DNA from: a virus
Reading direction: 5' to 3' (one strand)
DNA: 51,290 bases
Virus record (IMG/VR): IMGVR_UViG_3300009826_000027
Each line of letters begins with the position of its first letter. Positions within the stretch are counted from its first letter, which is position 1. Positions 13,975 to 22,372 of this stretch are shown one piece after another. A program made the position numbers and the translations under genes. The notes beneath the pieces are model-generated. The model did no database searches, had not been told where the DNA came from, and was given only the letters and a program-made list of their open reading frames with translations.

Positions 13975-14180
13975 TATACCTCCTCGTTTAACCAGAGTTC
14001 TATCGCCAACTCACAACTACGCGTAGGGAATCGCTCTTTGTCTTGACAACTGAATCTACCCTTTTTGTTGGACGCTAGCACCTTAAGGTCCGTTTGTATG
14101 TGTCTAAAACGAAATCGATTTCCAGTGTATAATGGGCATGCGTAACACGTCTTAGCATGTTGAAAAATATATCGCGCCAT
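13974..14180 (-). CDS. Hypothetical small Cys-containing protein (68 aa)
   Basis: ORF containing CYACPLY...C...C. Confidence 0.45.
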   Translation of the reverse strand: MARYIFQHAKTCYACPLYTGNRFRFRHIQTDLKVLASNKKGRFSCQDKERFPTRSCELAIELWLNEEV

Positions 14181-14200
14181 ATTTTTTAGATATACCCCCT

Positions 14201-14230
14201 CAAAAAAGGGAAGTGGACGATCCCACTTCC
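14201..14230 (-). terminator. Rho-independent terminator
   Basis: Minus strand reads ggaagtgg-gatcgt-ccacttcc followed by cttttttg, directly after the stop of 14244..14576. Confidence 0.65.
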
Positions 14231-14243
14231 AACTATATTAGAT

Positions 14244-14576
14244 TTAATAATGTACTGTTGCGTCATCATTGTTTTCAAATACTTCTATAAATCCTTTATC
14301 GATCTCCTCTTCATTAATAAGACTTTCAAATGTGCCTAGCATACTCGAGAGCTTTTCCAGCAGTTCAAAGTTCTTGCTCATTCGATCTGCGGCTATTCCG
14401 GAAGCGACGCCAGCAAGACCCCACTTCCCGACCTCACATGCCACCTTACCAAAAGTGGTTGTTAGCTCAGGAAGATTGTGTTTCACCAACTGCTTCACTA
14501 CATAACCAACCCCGACCGACGTCGCAATCATCGCCGTTATTTTAGCTCCGAATATAACCTTATCTCGAATTTTCAT
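14244..14576 (-). CDS. Hypothetical membrane-associated protein (110 aa)
   Basis: ORF with hydrophobic segments AKITAMIATSVGVGYVV and GKWGLAGVASGIAA. Confidence 0.55.
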   Translation of the reverse strand: MKIRDKVIFGAKITAMIATSVGVGYVVKQLVKHNLPELTTTFGKVACEVGKWGLAGVASGIAADRMSKNFELLEKLSSMLGTFESLINEEEIDKGFIEVFENNDDATVHY

Positions 14577-14603
14577 AATGCCTCCAATAAATTTTTATAG
14601 TAT

Positions 14604-14629
14604 TCTATAAGAGGCCATGTTTTTATTGC
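14604..14629 (-). promoter_or_regulatory. Conserved 26-nt motif, copy B (minus strand GCAATAAAAACATGGCCTCTTATAGA)
   Basis: Overlaps the TAA of 14623..14958 and lies about 28 nt upstream of ATG 14576. Confidence 0.5.
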
Positions 14630-14958
14630 GCCGACGGCCATTCAATCGCATTTGTATCTTCTATTAACGCTCTTAATAGATATAAATAATTGAGATGGTC
14701 TGTAATCTTTTCTTCCCACATCGCGAGGGGATATTGTTTATTTTCAGCCGTACCCCGACACATGTCGAATAAGCTAACTGTGTGTTTAGCGAGCATACCT
14801 CCGAGTGCGTTGACTGGTGTTGTACCCTCTAGCGCGGCTGCGACTTTAAAGTTGTGTAGCCTATCTTCGGTTGCGTATTCAGAGGCCTTATTAATCAGAA
14901 CCTCTTTGCATCGTTTATGTTGATGGTTGAATATTTTTTCAAAATTTTTACTATTCAT
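14623..14958 (-). CDS. Hypothetical all-alpha protein, possibly a DUF1599/MazG-like nucleotide-binding fold
   Basis: Only a weak pattern resemblance (KASEYATEDRLHNF...AKHTVSLFDM...DHLNYLYLL). The functional call is speculative. Confidence 0.3.
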   Translation of the reverse strand: MNSKNFEKIFNHQHKRCKEVLINKASEYATEDRLHNFKVAAALEGTTPVNALGGMLAKHTVSLFDMCRGTAENKQYPLAMWEEKITDHLNYLYLLRALIEDTNAIEWPSAQ

Positions 14959-15212
14959 TAGATAATATCTCCTTTCAGATTACGTATCCGGAGTAAAAGT
15001 TGTACGATATCCCGCTTTGTACAATCGCCTACGACGTCGGTTGTAATCGGGACATCGTAACATAATGAGTATTCGCCCTCTTTATCAAACGCTAATACCG
15101 CTAGTTCCATAAGACGGTTTCTGCTCCCATATCCATGCGATATTACACTAGCGCCATATCCATTTGCGAACCGCAGCACATGCAAAATAAGCCCATCGAT
15201 TATCCCTCCCAC
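14958..15212 (-). CDS. Hypothetical small protein (84 aa, GTG start)
   Basis: ORF with a TAATG overlap downstream. No recognisable motif. Confidence 0.45.
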   Translation of the reverse strand: MGGIIDGLILHVLRFANGYGASVISHGYGSRNRLMELAVLAFDKEGEYSLCYDVPITTDVVGDCTKRDIVQLLLRIRNLKGDII

Positions 15213-15952
15213 ATTACTCGCTTCTGTACATACAACATGTCAGTCATCGCCACTATTCTGCGTGAGAAGCTGCTAGTTGTCGAACCACGACTAAATGAAC
15301 GACTAGCGGAACCACCGCCTTGATTATAGACCATCAAGGCGCGATGCCAGTCGCCGTTTTGGCTATCTAATGCTCCGCGTAACCAAAACAAACCAGCCGT
15401 GATGTTGTCATACGGACAACGGAAATCGAGCGGTCGGCCTCGCTCTGCTGTATATGTACTAAAAGCCGAGCGAATAGTTCCGAAATTGCTATTGTTGATC
15501 TGCATCAAACCATAGCTTCTTGTGCCGTTAGACTCTCTAGCTATGGCGCTTGGTCTAAATCCGCTTTCTTGCCATATTAAGGCGTATGCCAGTCGTATAG
15601 GCACCTCATTGATCCTCGCCTGCTCGACGAGATGCCGCTGTAAACTTGACGTAAACGTTTGTTCGAATCGATCAATATATCCCACTCTAGCATTTCCATT
15701 AATACGACATCGTGGTTCACCCGTACCGGTACAGGTGAACCACCTTGGATGCTCGGCATTTATACCGACGTATACATGATATTCCGGTACAAAACGCGAA
15801 TTTGGTCTCCCTACTAAATGGGGGTGTATGATTGTATGGCTGGCCTCGGCCGGAGGGGACAAAATGAGTACTAATAATAGACCGACCGCTATGCCTATAA
15901 GTATCAACATGATACCATAAGCTCTTTCTGCTTCATGATCATTTTTATTCAT
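15200..15952 (-). CDS. Membrane-anchored lytic transglycosylase (SLT domain)
   Basis: N-terminal TM segment IMLILIGIAVGLLLVLIL. SLT motifs are LIWQESGF (catalytic Glu), YGLMQIN and MVYNQGG. Confidence 0.75.
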   Translation of the reverse strand: MNKNDHEAERAYGIMLILIGIAVGLLLVLILSPPAEASHTIIHPHLVGRPNSRFVPEYHVYVGINAEHPRWFTCTGTGEPRCRINGNARVGYIDRFEQTFTSSLQRHLVEQARINEVPIRLAYALIWQESGFRPSAIARESNGTRSYGLMQINNSNFGTIRSAFSTYTAERGRPLDFRCPYDNITAGLFWLRGALDSQNGDWHRALMVYNQGGGSASRSFSRGSTTSSFSRRIVAMTDMLYVQKRVMWEG

Positions 15953-16089
15953 TTCGTCCCTCCATCATGACACCCTTCACAAATCGAATAACGACACGAA
16001 GCGCGTCTTATCCCTTCTTGTGATTGCACTAACATAGAATATTTTGTGCCATCGTACTCGATTTTATCGCCGCAATATCCACGGTTCAT
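15949..16089 (-). CDS. 46-aa zinc-ribbon mini-protein (not in the track)
   Basis: My translation gives MNRGYCGDKIEYDGTKYSMLVQSQEGIRRASCRYSICEGCHDGGTK*. GGAGGG lies 7 nt upstream. Its TGA overlaps the ATG of the SLT gene (ATGA). Confidence 0.45.
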   Translation of the reverse strand: MNRGYCGDKIEYDGTKYSMLVQSQEGIRRASCRYSICEGCHDGGTK

Positions 16090-16120
16090 CGGACATCCCT
16101 CCATAACTCGATTGTAAATT

Positions 16121-16153
16121 TGAAAATGAAAAGACCTATGTTTCCATAGGTCT
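16121..16153 (-). terminator. Rho-independent terminator
   Basis: Minus strand reads agacctatg-gaaa-cataggtct followed by tttcattttc, directly after the stop of 16168..16398. Confidence 0.65.
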
Positions 16154-16167
16154 TCTCTGCAGACTAA

Positions 16168-16398
16168 TTAAGTTGTTAAAGTCGCTATTACTTCTCCGGT
16201 TTTCGATAACGCCTCTAGGGTATCGTTGCCGCCTTCGGTTATAACTTCTAAAATTGGCTCTCCGTCCACGCCATATTTGGTTACCGCATATGCGATGCCT
16301 CCTATGACTAGAACCGATCCTATTACTAGAATTTTAACTTTATGGCGCTTTACGAACCCCTTTACCGTTCCGAATAAGCTCGTTTTAGTTTCATTCAT
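16168..16398 (-). CDS. Small single-TM protein (76 aa)
   Basis: ATG 16398 (MNETKTSLFG) is preceded by GGAGG 7 nt upstream. TM segment is KILVIGSVLVIGGIAYAV. Confidence 0.55.
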   Translation of the reverse strand: MNETKTSLFGTVKGFVKRHKVKILVIGSVLVIGGIAYAVTKYGVDGEPILEVITEGGNDTLEALSKTGEVIATLTT

Positions 16399-16437
16399 TT
16401 TAATGCCTCCTATAATTTTTTTAGTCTTCATTAGAGT

Positions 16438-16650
16438 CTATGTAATTTTTGCATCACTGACTACAATTCGAACCTCAGGTCCTTTATATTTGGTGCATTC
16501 TAGAAATATTTTTATATTGAAGATTGGATTTCGTCCCTCCCTGCCAGTGAGATATAATATATTACGGTATCCTTCTTCGTGTTGACAGCGGCCTATATTT
16601 TCACACATATTACATATAGCGGTGGATATCGAGTCTTTGTTCATAATCAT
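16438..16650 (-). CDS. Cys-containing small protein (70 aa)
   Basis: ORF with AGGAG ribosome-binding site. Contains CNMCENIGRC...C. Confidence 0.5.
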   Translation of the reverse strand: MIMNKDSISTAICNMCENIGRCQHEEGYRNILYLTGREGRNPIFNIKIFLECTKYKGPEVRIVVSDAKIT

Positions 16651-16664
16651 ATACTACTCCTATC

Positions 16665-17387
16665 CTACAAATGTCGCGGTGTAACCGCGTAATCCAATAC
16701 AATACACGCCTCTCCACTATCCGTAAGACATGTACCAAAGGACAATTCGATCAGACCAGTATCTAGATTCCAACCGACGTCATTACTTATTTTAGTCGGT
16801 TTTAAACCAATCTCATAATATAATTCATCCAGGGCGACAAAGGATTGATTTATTATTTGCGTATTTAGCGTATTTACCGTTCGCCGAATATGTTCGATAT
16901 TCGACTTAAAGTATCGGCCGCTAATGCTATCATAAAAGAGCGCCTCTCCTTTACCGGTTAGTATTATTTCAGACGAGCCCACGGGGCGAGAGTTAATGCG
17001 TTTGCCAAGCGCTTCTTCATACACCCCTTTTTCCTTTCTTTGGCCGATCGTTTCGACGTTTTTTTGTCTATACTCTTTAAATGCTAAATCAGTTAAAGAA
17101 TATAGCGACGCTATGGCTAATTGGCGCTTAGTCCCTATGTGATTTGCCCCCACGATACAAGTAATCGTGAGACCGGCAATCACGTACGTTCTTATATAGA
17201 ACTTCCAAGTCAGTTTTGCCATTTGAAGACGATTCTCTGGAACATCGCCTTCGAATTCATAATCATACCAGTTTCTAGCGTTTTTATGATCGCAAATCGC
17301 ACTATAGGCCGTAGCGATTACTCCCATAGTCCCTAGACCGGTGAGGATTAAGGGTAGATGTTGTAATATTGTAGATTTAATACTCAT
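16665..17387 (-). CDS. Membrane protein, paralogue of 10758..11657
   Basis: Same layout: N-terminal TM (LPLILTGLGTMGVIATAY), second TM (YVIAGLTITCIVGA), then AFKEYRQKNVE, then a C-terminal LDELYYEIGLKPTKISNDVGW module. Confidence 0.6.
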   Translation of the reverse strand: MSIKSTILQHLPLILTGLGTMGVIATAYSAICDHKNARNWYDYEFEGDVPENRLQMAKLTWKFYIRTYVIAGLTITCIVGANHIGTKRQLAIASLYSLTDLAFKEYRQKNVETIGQRKEKGVYEEALGKRINSRPVGSSEIILTGKGEALFYDSISGRYFKSNIEHIRRTVNTLNTQIINQSFVALDELYYEIGLKPTKISNDVGWNLDTGLIELSFGTCLTDSGEACIVLDYAVTPRHL

Positions 17388-18571
17388 ATATCTAGCGATT
17401 CACCGGTCGACAAGTGGACCAACACCTTACGATCCGTGTCAAAAATGACACCTTCTATTGTATTTCTGCCAGGGCGTATAGAATTAATATCGAGGCTATA
17501 TGCTTTTGACATTATTTTGCCAGAGGTATCAATAAGCCAATCGCGATCTTTAAAATCACGCACCCATGCACGACCGTCGATAAATTCTGTACCTAATTTC
17601 CAAACGACGTCGAAGGCAACTTCGCCCTCCGTGGTCATATACGTTATTGCGCGTCGCCGTTCTAGAAATTCGTTATACACCTCGATTTTCGCTAATCCGT
17701 CCTTTGAGAACGGCCACGCTTCGTATATTTTCGTGTCGCCCAGAAATATCAGTTCTCCTTTCTGCGAAATATAATTGTAGTCACCCTCGGACAACTTTAC
17801 AACGGCAAAGCCGTTTACAAATTCTTCGGCGTAGACAAATCGCTTATTGAACATCAATTGTTGATGTTCATCGACGAATCCCATATACCCATCGTATAAT
17901 GCTACAGGGATCGGTATATGGCCCGGTTTAAGCTTTCTAGCTTTTTTGCAACATTCGTGATGCGACCGCCTTTTTATAGGTTCATCGTCATGGAATTGCC
18001 AGTCTATGATTGTGCCGCATTCGCATGCCGGTTTCGGTTTTGCGCGTTCGACAATGACCCCATACTCGTCGACTTTCACCCGACATTCATCGCCTCCAAC
18101 GGTCGTAGAGATTCTATTTGACCGTGGCACATAAGCGAACAGTTCGTTGCCGATCCGTTCACCATTAGTTGTGATCGGATACCATCCCTTCTCGTCTGCG
18201 TGGTGCTTTACCCACGCAACTCCATGTTCGTTGTATGAGCAAACATCAAGCCAGGCGGCGTCGAAGATGTAATCTCCATATTTACTTACGAACGTCCATA
18301 GTTCGCGGCCTCTCCTATGAATTTTAACCGCTGCTAGACCGTTCTCTGAGAATGGCAACGCTTTGCGTACAGATTGGTGTAACAGAATCGAACCATCTGT
18401 GCGTATGAAATTAAAGTTACCCGCCTCCGTTTCGACTATTGCATAGCCGTTTGTGAACTTACTGATTGATGAATACGCAGTTGCAGTTAATGATATCCTT
18501 TTGTGATCGTGAGTATTCACAAGCCCCATTTCACCGGTCGTCAAATATGACGAAATAACGTTCTTGTTCAC
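17384..18571 (-). CDS. WG/KWG-type beta-repeat protein (395 aa)
   Basis: Repeated units occur of the form G(Y/L/V/F)A.V......(W/Y).(F/I)......G..I(F/M), for example GLAAVKIHRRGRELWTFVSKYGDYIF, GVAWVKHHADEKGWYPITTNGERI and GFAVVKLSEGDYNYISQKGELIF. GTG start with GGAG ribosome-binding site. Confidence 0.5.
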   Translation of the reverse strand: MNKNVISSYLTTGEMGLVNTHDHKRISLTATAYSSISKFTNGYAIVETEAGNFNFIRTDGSILLHQSVRKALPFSENGLAAVKIHRRGRELWTFVSKYGDYIFDAAWLDVCSYNEHGVAWVKHHADEKGWYPITTNGERIGNELFAYVPRSNRISTTVGGDECRVKVDEYGVIVERAKPKPACECGTIIDWQFHDDEPIKRRSHHECCKKARKLKPGHIPIPVALYDGYMGFVDEHQQLMFNKRFVYAEEFVNGFAVVKLSEGDYNYISQKGELIFLGDTKIYEAWPFSKDGLAKIEVYNEFLERRRAITYMTTEGEVAFDVVWKLGTEFIDGRAWVRDFKDRDWLIDTSGKIMSKAYSLDINSIRPGRNTIEGVIFDTDRKVLVHLSTGESLDI

Positions 18572-18600
18572 TTTTCGAATCTCCTTTATTTTTTTTATTT

Positions 18601-18632
18601 ATAAAAAAATGTGAGAAGTATATACTTCTCAC
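18601..18632 (-). terminator. Terminator-like hairpin plus T-run in the 5' leader of 17384..18571 (possible attenuator)
   Basis: Minus strand reads gtgagaagt-atat-acttctcac followed by attttttta. It lies between motif copy C and the ribosome-binding site. Confidence 0.5.
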
Positions 18633-18662
18633 ATCAATTCATCAAGATATTCCATATTAATT

Positions 18663-18688
18663 TCTATTAGAGGCCATGTTTTTATTGC
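18663..18688 (-). promoter_or_regulatory. Conserved 26-nt motif, copy C (minus strand GCAATAAAAACATGGCCTCTAATAGA)
   Basis: Sits between two terminator-like hairpins. It differs at one position from each of copies A and B. Confidence 0.5.
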
Positions 18689-18690
18689 GC

Positions 18691-18720
18691 AAAAAAGGAA
18701 AAGGCACGTTTGAACGTGCC
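18691..18720 (-). terminator. Rho-independent terminator
   Basis: Minus strand reads ggcacg-ttcaaa-cgtgcc followed by ttttcctttttt, directly after the stop of 18727..19011. Confidence 0.6.
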
Positions 18721-18726
18721 CCGCTC

Positions 18727-19011
18727 CTAAAATCTTTTTCCAATAAACGTAAATGCTTTTGATGTTATGACGCCGATTTTCTCGTAATTGAGAATTAGCA
18801 AGGTCAATCCAACTTGACCAAGGATCGTCGCCATGACGTTCGGATCGAGCTTCTTTTTATCCTTATCAAGAAGTTCTTTCTTCATCATTAACGCGATCGC
18901 CTGTTCAACGTCTTCCGTCGACGTTGCTTTCTGTAACATCTGAGTTAATAGCTCATCCATCAAGTTTTCCGCTTGTCGTTTGTTTTTCCATTTAATGAGC
19001 AAGTTTTTCAT
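18727..19011 (-). CDS. Small protein with C-terminal TM segment (94 aa)
   Basis: ATG 19011 (MKNLLIKWKN) is preceded by GGGGGA 7 nt upstream. TM segment is VMATILGQVGLTLLILNY. Confidence 0.5.
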   Translation of the reverse strand: MKNLLIKWKNKRQAENLMDELLTQMLQKATSTEDVEQAIALMMKKELLDKDKKKLDPNVMATILGQVGLTLLILNYEKIGVITSKAFTFIGKRF

Positions 19012-19067
19012 TTGCCCTTCCCCCTTTCCTTTAAATATAGTATTCATTAGAATGCATGTAATTATTA

Positions 19068-19110
19068 CACAAAAAAATAGTAACCCTTGTAAAAGTTACT
19101 ATTTTTTGTG
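19068..19110 (-). terminator. Long AT-rich hairpin at the end of the late operon
   Basis: cacaaaaaaatagtaac / gttactattttttgtg forms a stem of about 16 bp with a 10-nt loop, between the 19114 stop and the next gene. The T-run is part of the stem. Confidence 0.45.
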
Positions 19111-19113
19111 TAT

Positions 19114-19836
19114 TTATATCTCGTGAACCAGTATGTTATTCTCGTCAATACCGATATCTGATATATAAGGTAATGCAATCGTCGGTATAGCTGCGGCATT
19201 CGTGCCGAGGGCATGACTCGGCCCTATCCCTCCAGTAGCTTGTACACCAACCAACGCATTGCCGGTGATATTGGGCGTCCGTACATGCTGCACAATTCCA
19301 GTTCCGAGTTGTCGCGGTTGTGTCGAATTACCAACTATCCGATCTGCATTACTAGCGAAAAATCCGAAATTCGCGCCGATTTCAAACGTATTTGCTGCGG
19401 ACGAAACTCCGAGTTCGTGTATAGTCATAGCAAACGCTTTTCGCAGCAAGCCGTTCTCGGTATGTTGACGAGTAAGCACACTAAGTCCCGTAGCAAAAGG
19501 CACTCTGCCTTCCACCAGACGATCATTCAACCATTCTGGCAATGCTTGTAAAAATGGACCTTGAAACAAAATATCTATCGGACTGTCCATATACAATGCG
19601 GTATTTTGTACGATTAAATCGAACGCTAAAAATTGTCGTAGAAATACGCTATTTTCCCAACCTACATATTGGGCGGTAGGGGCACCATGGCGTATAACTA
19701 TGAACGGTCTATACGCTTGTCGTACAGTGTCATAAATATGTACGATTTGGCCTAGCGGTAATTCTTCAGGTCGCATTATTATTTTTGACGTGGCGGTTGA
19801 ACTTTTATGAGTAGAATTCGTAGTTGCGATAGCCAT
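19114..19836 (-). CDS. Hypothetical protein downstream of the collagen-like fibre (about 240 aa; start uncertain, 19836 or 19848)
   Basis: ORF. ATG 19836 lies 1 nt after the collagen gene's TAG. No recognisable motif. Confidence 0.55.
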   Translation of the reverse strand: MAIATTNSTHKSSTATSKIIMRPEELPLGQIVHIYDTVRQAYRPFIVIRHGAPTAQYVGWENSVFLRQFLAFDLIVQNTALYMDSPIDILFQGPFLQALPEWLNDRLVEGRVPFATGLSVLTRQHTENGLLRKAFAMTIHELGVSSAANTFEIGANFGFFASNADRIVGNSTQPRQLGTGIVQHVRTPNITGNALVGVQATGGIGPSHALGTNAAAIPTIALPYISDIGIDENNILVHEI

Positions 19837-19837
19837 A

Positions 19838-21448
19838 CTATGCACCATCCCTTAGTATAGTATATACGCCAGTTAGAGCTGAAGTAGGTCTTGTATTAGC
19901 GTATAGAACTACTGCATCGCCGTCGATTATACAAGCAGCCGGAATTCCAGCCGACGTTGCAATTAGTAACGATTGCAGTGTAAAATTAAAATTAATGACA
20001 TCGTTATGCTCAATATTTTCTATCTGAACCCGTAATTCCCAATCGAACGTGTCGTGGGAACTGGTTGTCCAAGCATTAACTAATAAATTAAATGGTCGTA
20101 TTATAGCGCGACCATCTATGCCCTGAGGACCTGGAGGACCGGTTTCGCCTTGAATGCCCTGAGGACCTGGAGGACCGGTTTCGCCTTGAATGCCCTGAGG
20201 ACCTGGAGGACCGGTTTCGCCTTGAATGCCCTGAGGACCGGTTTCGCCTTGTACGCCCTGTAGTCCTTGTGTCCCATCTTGACCGTCCGTACCAGCTACA
20301 CCTTGTGGTCCTTGTGGTCCTTGTTCGCCTATATCGCCCTTAGAACCTTGTACACCCTGGACGCCTTGCGGTCCTTCTGGACCGATGTCGCCTTGAGGAC
20401 CTATTGGGCCTTGTATACCCTGTTCTCCCTGTGGTCCTACCGGACCGATGTCGCCTTGTATACCCTGAATACCTTGTGCCCCTTCAAGACCCTGCGGTCC
20501 CATTTCGCCTTGTATACCCTGAATGCCTTGTGGTCCTTCAAGACCCTGCGGTCCCATTTCGCCTTGTATACCCTGAATGCCTTGTGGTCCTTCAGGACCG
20601 ATGTCGCCTTGAGGACCACGGAACTCGGTTCCTTCGCCAGAGGCAGGGAATACCGAACCTGACCAAATATAGAGAAGACCGTCGGCCCTATTCATCCATG
20701 CACGACCGGCGTCTCCCGCTCCAAGAGTTGATGCGATAGCTGCTAGCTCTGCGTATGTTAATACATCACCGGCAATTTCTATACCAGCGCCGTCCGCACC
20801 AGCTACCCCTTGTGGTCCTTGCGGACCGATTGGTCCTTGTATGCCTTGAGATCCATCATGACCTTGCTCGCCTTGGATTCCTTGTATGCCTTGAATGCCC
20901 TGAGGACCGGTTTCGCCTTGAATGCCCTGAATGCCTTGTGGTCCTTCAGGACCCTGAGGACCGATGTCGCCTTGTATGCCCTGAATACCTTGTGGTCCTA
21001 TGTCACCTTGTGTGCCGGTAAGACCCGGCTCTCCTTGTGGTCCTTGATAGCCTTGTACTCCTTGAGGACCTGGAGGACCGGTTTCGCCTTGAATGCCCTG
21101 AGGACCTGGAGGACCGGTTTCGCCTTGAATGCCCTGAGGACCGGTTTCGCCTTGAATGCCCTGAGGACCATTCGCGCCAGCTGGACCTTGCGGTCCGATT
21201 GGTCCTGGAGGTCCTTGTGGGCCGCTACCACCTGGTCCGCCAGAACCGCCTATATGATCAAGAATATTAAATTCATTACCATCTTTATCGATAAATATGG
21301 CGTTTATTGCCGTCATATTAGGTTTAATTTGGGATTTATTTATAAACGAACCGCTGGCTATATCGAAGTATTTATTATCTGGAGTTACGAATACTCCTAG
21401 TCCAGCTGCTCTATTTTGTTCTCTCACTTCGCTGTCATCTCCGATCAT
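19838..21448 (-). CDS. Collagen-like (Gly-X-Y) fibre protein (536 aa)
   Basis: Two long GXY tracts ([16 protein letters not shown]...) are separated by a non-collagenous insert ([16 protein letters not shown]...[17 protein letters not shown]). A globular C-terminal domain follows. Confidence 0.85.
   Translation of the reverse strand: MIGDDSEVREQNRAAGLGVFVTPDNKYFDIASGSFINKSQIKPNMTAINAIFIDKDGNEFNILDHIGGSGGPGGSGPQGPPGPIGPQGPAGANGPQGIQGETGPQGIQGETGPPGPQGIQGETGPPGPQGVQGYQGPQGEPGLTGTQGDIGPQGIQGIQGDIGPQGPEGPQGIQGIQGETGPQGIQGIQGIQGEQGHDGSQGIQGPIGPQGPQGVAGADGAGIEIAGDVLTYAELAAIASTLGAGDAGRAWMNRADGLLYIWSGSVFPASGEGTEFRGPQGDIGPEGPQGIQGIQGEMGPQGLEGPQGIQGIQGEMGPQGLEGAQGIQGIQGDIGPVGPQGEQGIQGPIGPQGDIGPEGPQGVQGVQGSKGDIGEQGPQGPQGVAGTDGQDGTQGLQGVQGETGPQGIQGETGPPGPQGIQGETGPPGPQGIQGETGPPGPQGIDGRAIIRPFNLLVNAWTTSSHDTFDWELRVQIENIEHNDVINFNFTLQSLLIATSAGIPAACIIDGDAVVLYANTRPTSALTGVYTILRDGA
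20105..21245. repeat. In-frame DNA cassette repeats encoding GXY units
   Basis: A 36-nt unit gccctgaggacctggaggaccggtttcgccttgaat occurs x3 at 20120-20227 and again at about 21057-21156. A 54-nt unit occurs x2 at about 20484-20595. Confidence 0.85.
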
Positions 21449-21500
21449 GTAAAAATTTAGAGGCGATGTAAAACTATCGCCTCTTTAAAACGTATAATAT

Positions 21501-22040
21501 TTATAACTCGAAGCCTTGCGCCTCTTCTTTATCCTCATATTCGTCATGTATATTGTAATATCCTACTTGATATCTTGAAATATGGTGATATTCGAACTCG
21601 GCACGTTCGTACTCCTTTACGGCCCTTTGTAACTCGGCAATAATATCGAATAATCTGCCTGCATAAGTATAAATTGGCTGCGCCAAATTTCGATACTTCA
21701 GATTTACTAATTCGTTCGCTACTTGATGACTTGCCTCATAAATAGTCCACAATTTTTTAATAATAGTATCCATGGAAGATTTAACGCACTGCATTACACT
21801 TGTGTCAGCGGTACCCTGCTGCGCAATAAGATCCAACTCGAATACGTCATAAATTTTATGTTCAAGCCAATCGGTAATATAGCTAGCTTCACGATATAAG
21901 TATCGCAAACGACGTTTTTCTCCTTGTAACCCTACTATATGTGCTCGTTTAGCCGCACCACGTTGCCAACTTGATGCGGTTGCTAGTAAATTAAGTGCGC
22001 GTTGTAATACGGGCTGAAGAGTTGTAATATCGTTTCGCAT
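21501..22040 (-). CDS. Hypothetical helical protein (179 aa)
   Basis: ORF followed by the hairpin agaggcgat/atcgcctct at 21459-21484. No recognisable motif. Confidence 0.55.
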   Translation of the reverse strand: MRNDITTLQPVLQRALNLLATASSWQRGAAKRAHIVGLQGEKRRLRYLYREASYITDWLEHKIYDVFELDLIAQQGTADTSVMQCVKSSMDTIIKKLWTIYEASHQVANELVNLKYRNLAQPIYTYAGRLFDIIAELQRAVKEYERAEFEYHHISRYQVGYYNIHDEYEDKEEAQGFEL

Positions 22041-22056
22041 AGATATAACGCCCTTC

Positions 22057-22296
22057 CTATAAATTCATATCATGTGTCGAAGACATTCCGTTGTGATTAT
22101 GCATCTCCGATGGTATTTGAGAATGTGTATCATAAGCGTTTTTACCCGCTAAAACAGCTAAAGTTTTTAGTTCTAGACTCATACATTCCGAAATATAGTC
22201 TTTTTCTTTAGCCGTCATTTGTGCTATCGGCTTTTCACTAACTTTACATTCGATATATTCTGTGAGATCGCATAAAAATTGTGCTATTTTGTGCAT
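22057..22296 (-). CDS. Hypothetical small protein (79 aa)
   Basis: ATG 22296 (MHKIAQFLCDL) is preceded by AAGGAGG 8 nt upstream. The longer track ORF overlaps the upstream gene by 131 nt. Confidence 0.5.
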   Translation of the reverse strand: MHKIAQFLCDLTEYIECKVSEKPIAQMTAKEKDYISECMSLELKTLAVLAGKNAYDTHSQIPSEMHNHNGMSSTHDMNL

Positions 22297-22372
22297 ATGA
22301 TATGGCCTCCTTCTTAGAAAAATATTACTTAAAGGCGGGGCAGGTACTATTGCACCCACCCCTTTATTATGA

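Noticed and set aside
20267-21400. Several plus-strand and alternative-frame ORFs inside the collagen-like gene
   Set aside because: They are artefacts of the GXY codon periodicity, which keeps all frames open. Only the minus-strand GXY frame has a sensible start, stop and flanking domains.
21459-21484. Possible fourth, degenerate copy of the 26-nt motif (tagaggcgatgtaaaact)
   Set aside because: Only about 11 positions match (TAGAGGC.ATGT). The sequence is better explained as one arm of the hairpin agaggcgat/atcgcctct between 21501..22040 and the collagen gene.
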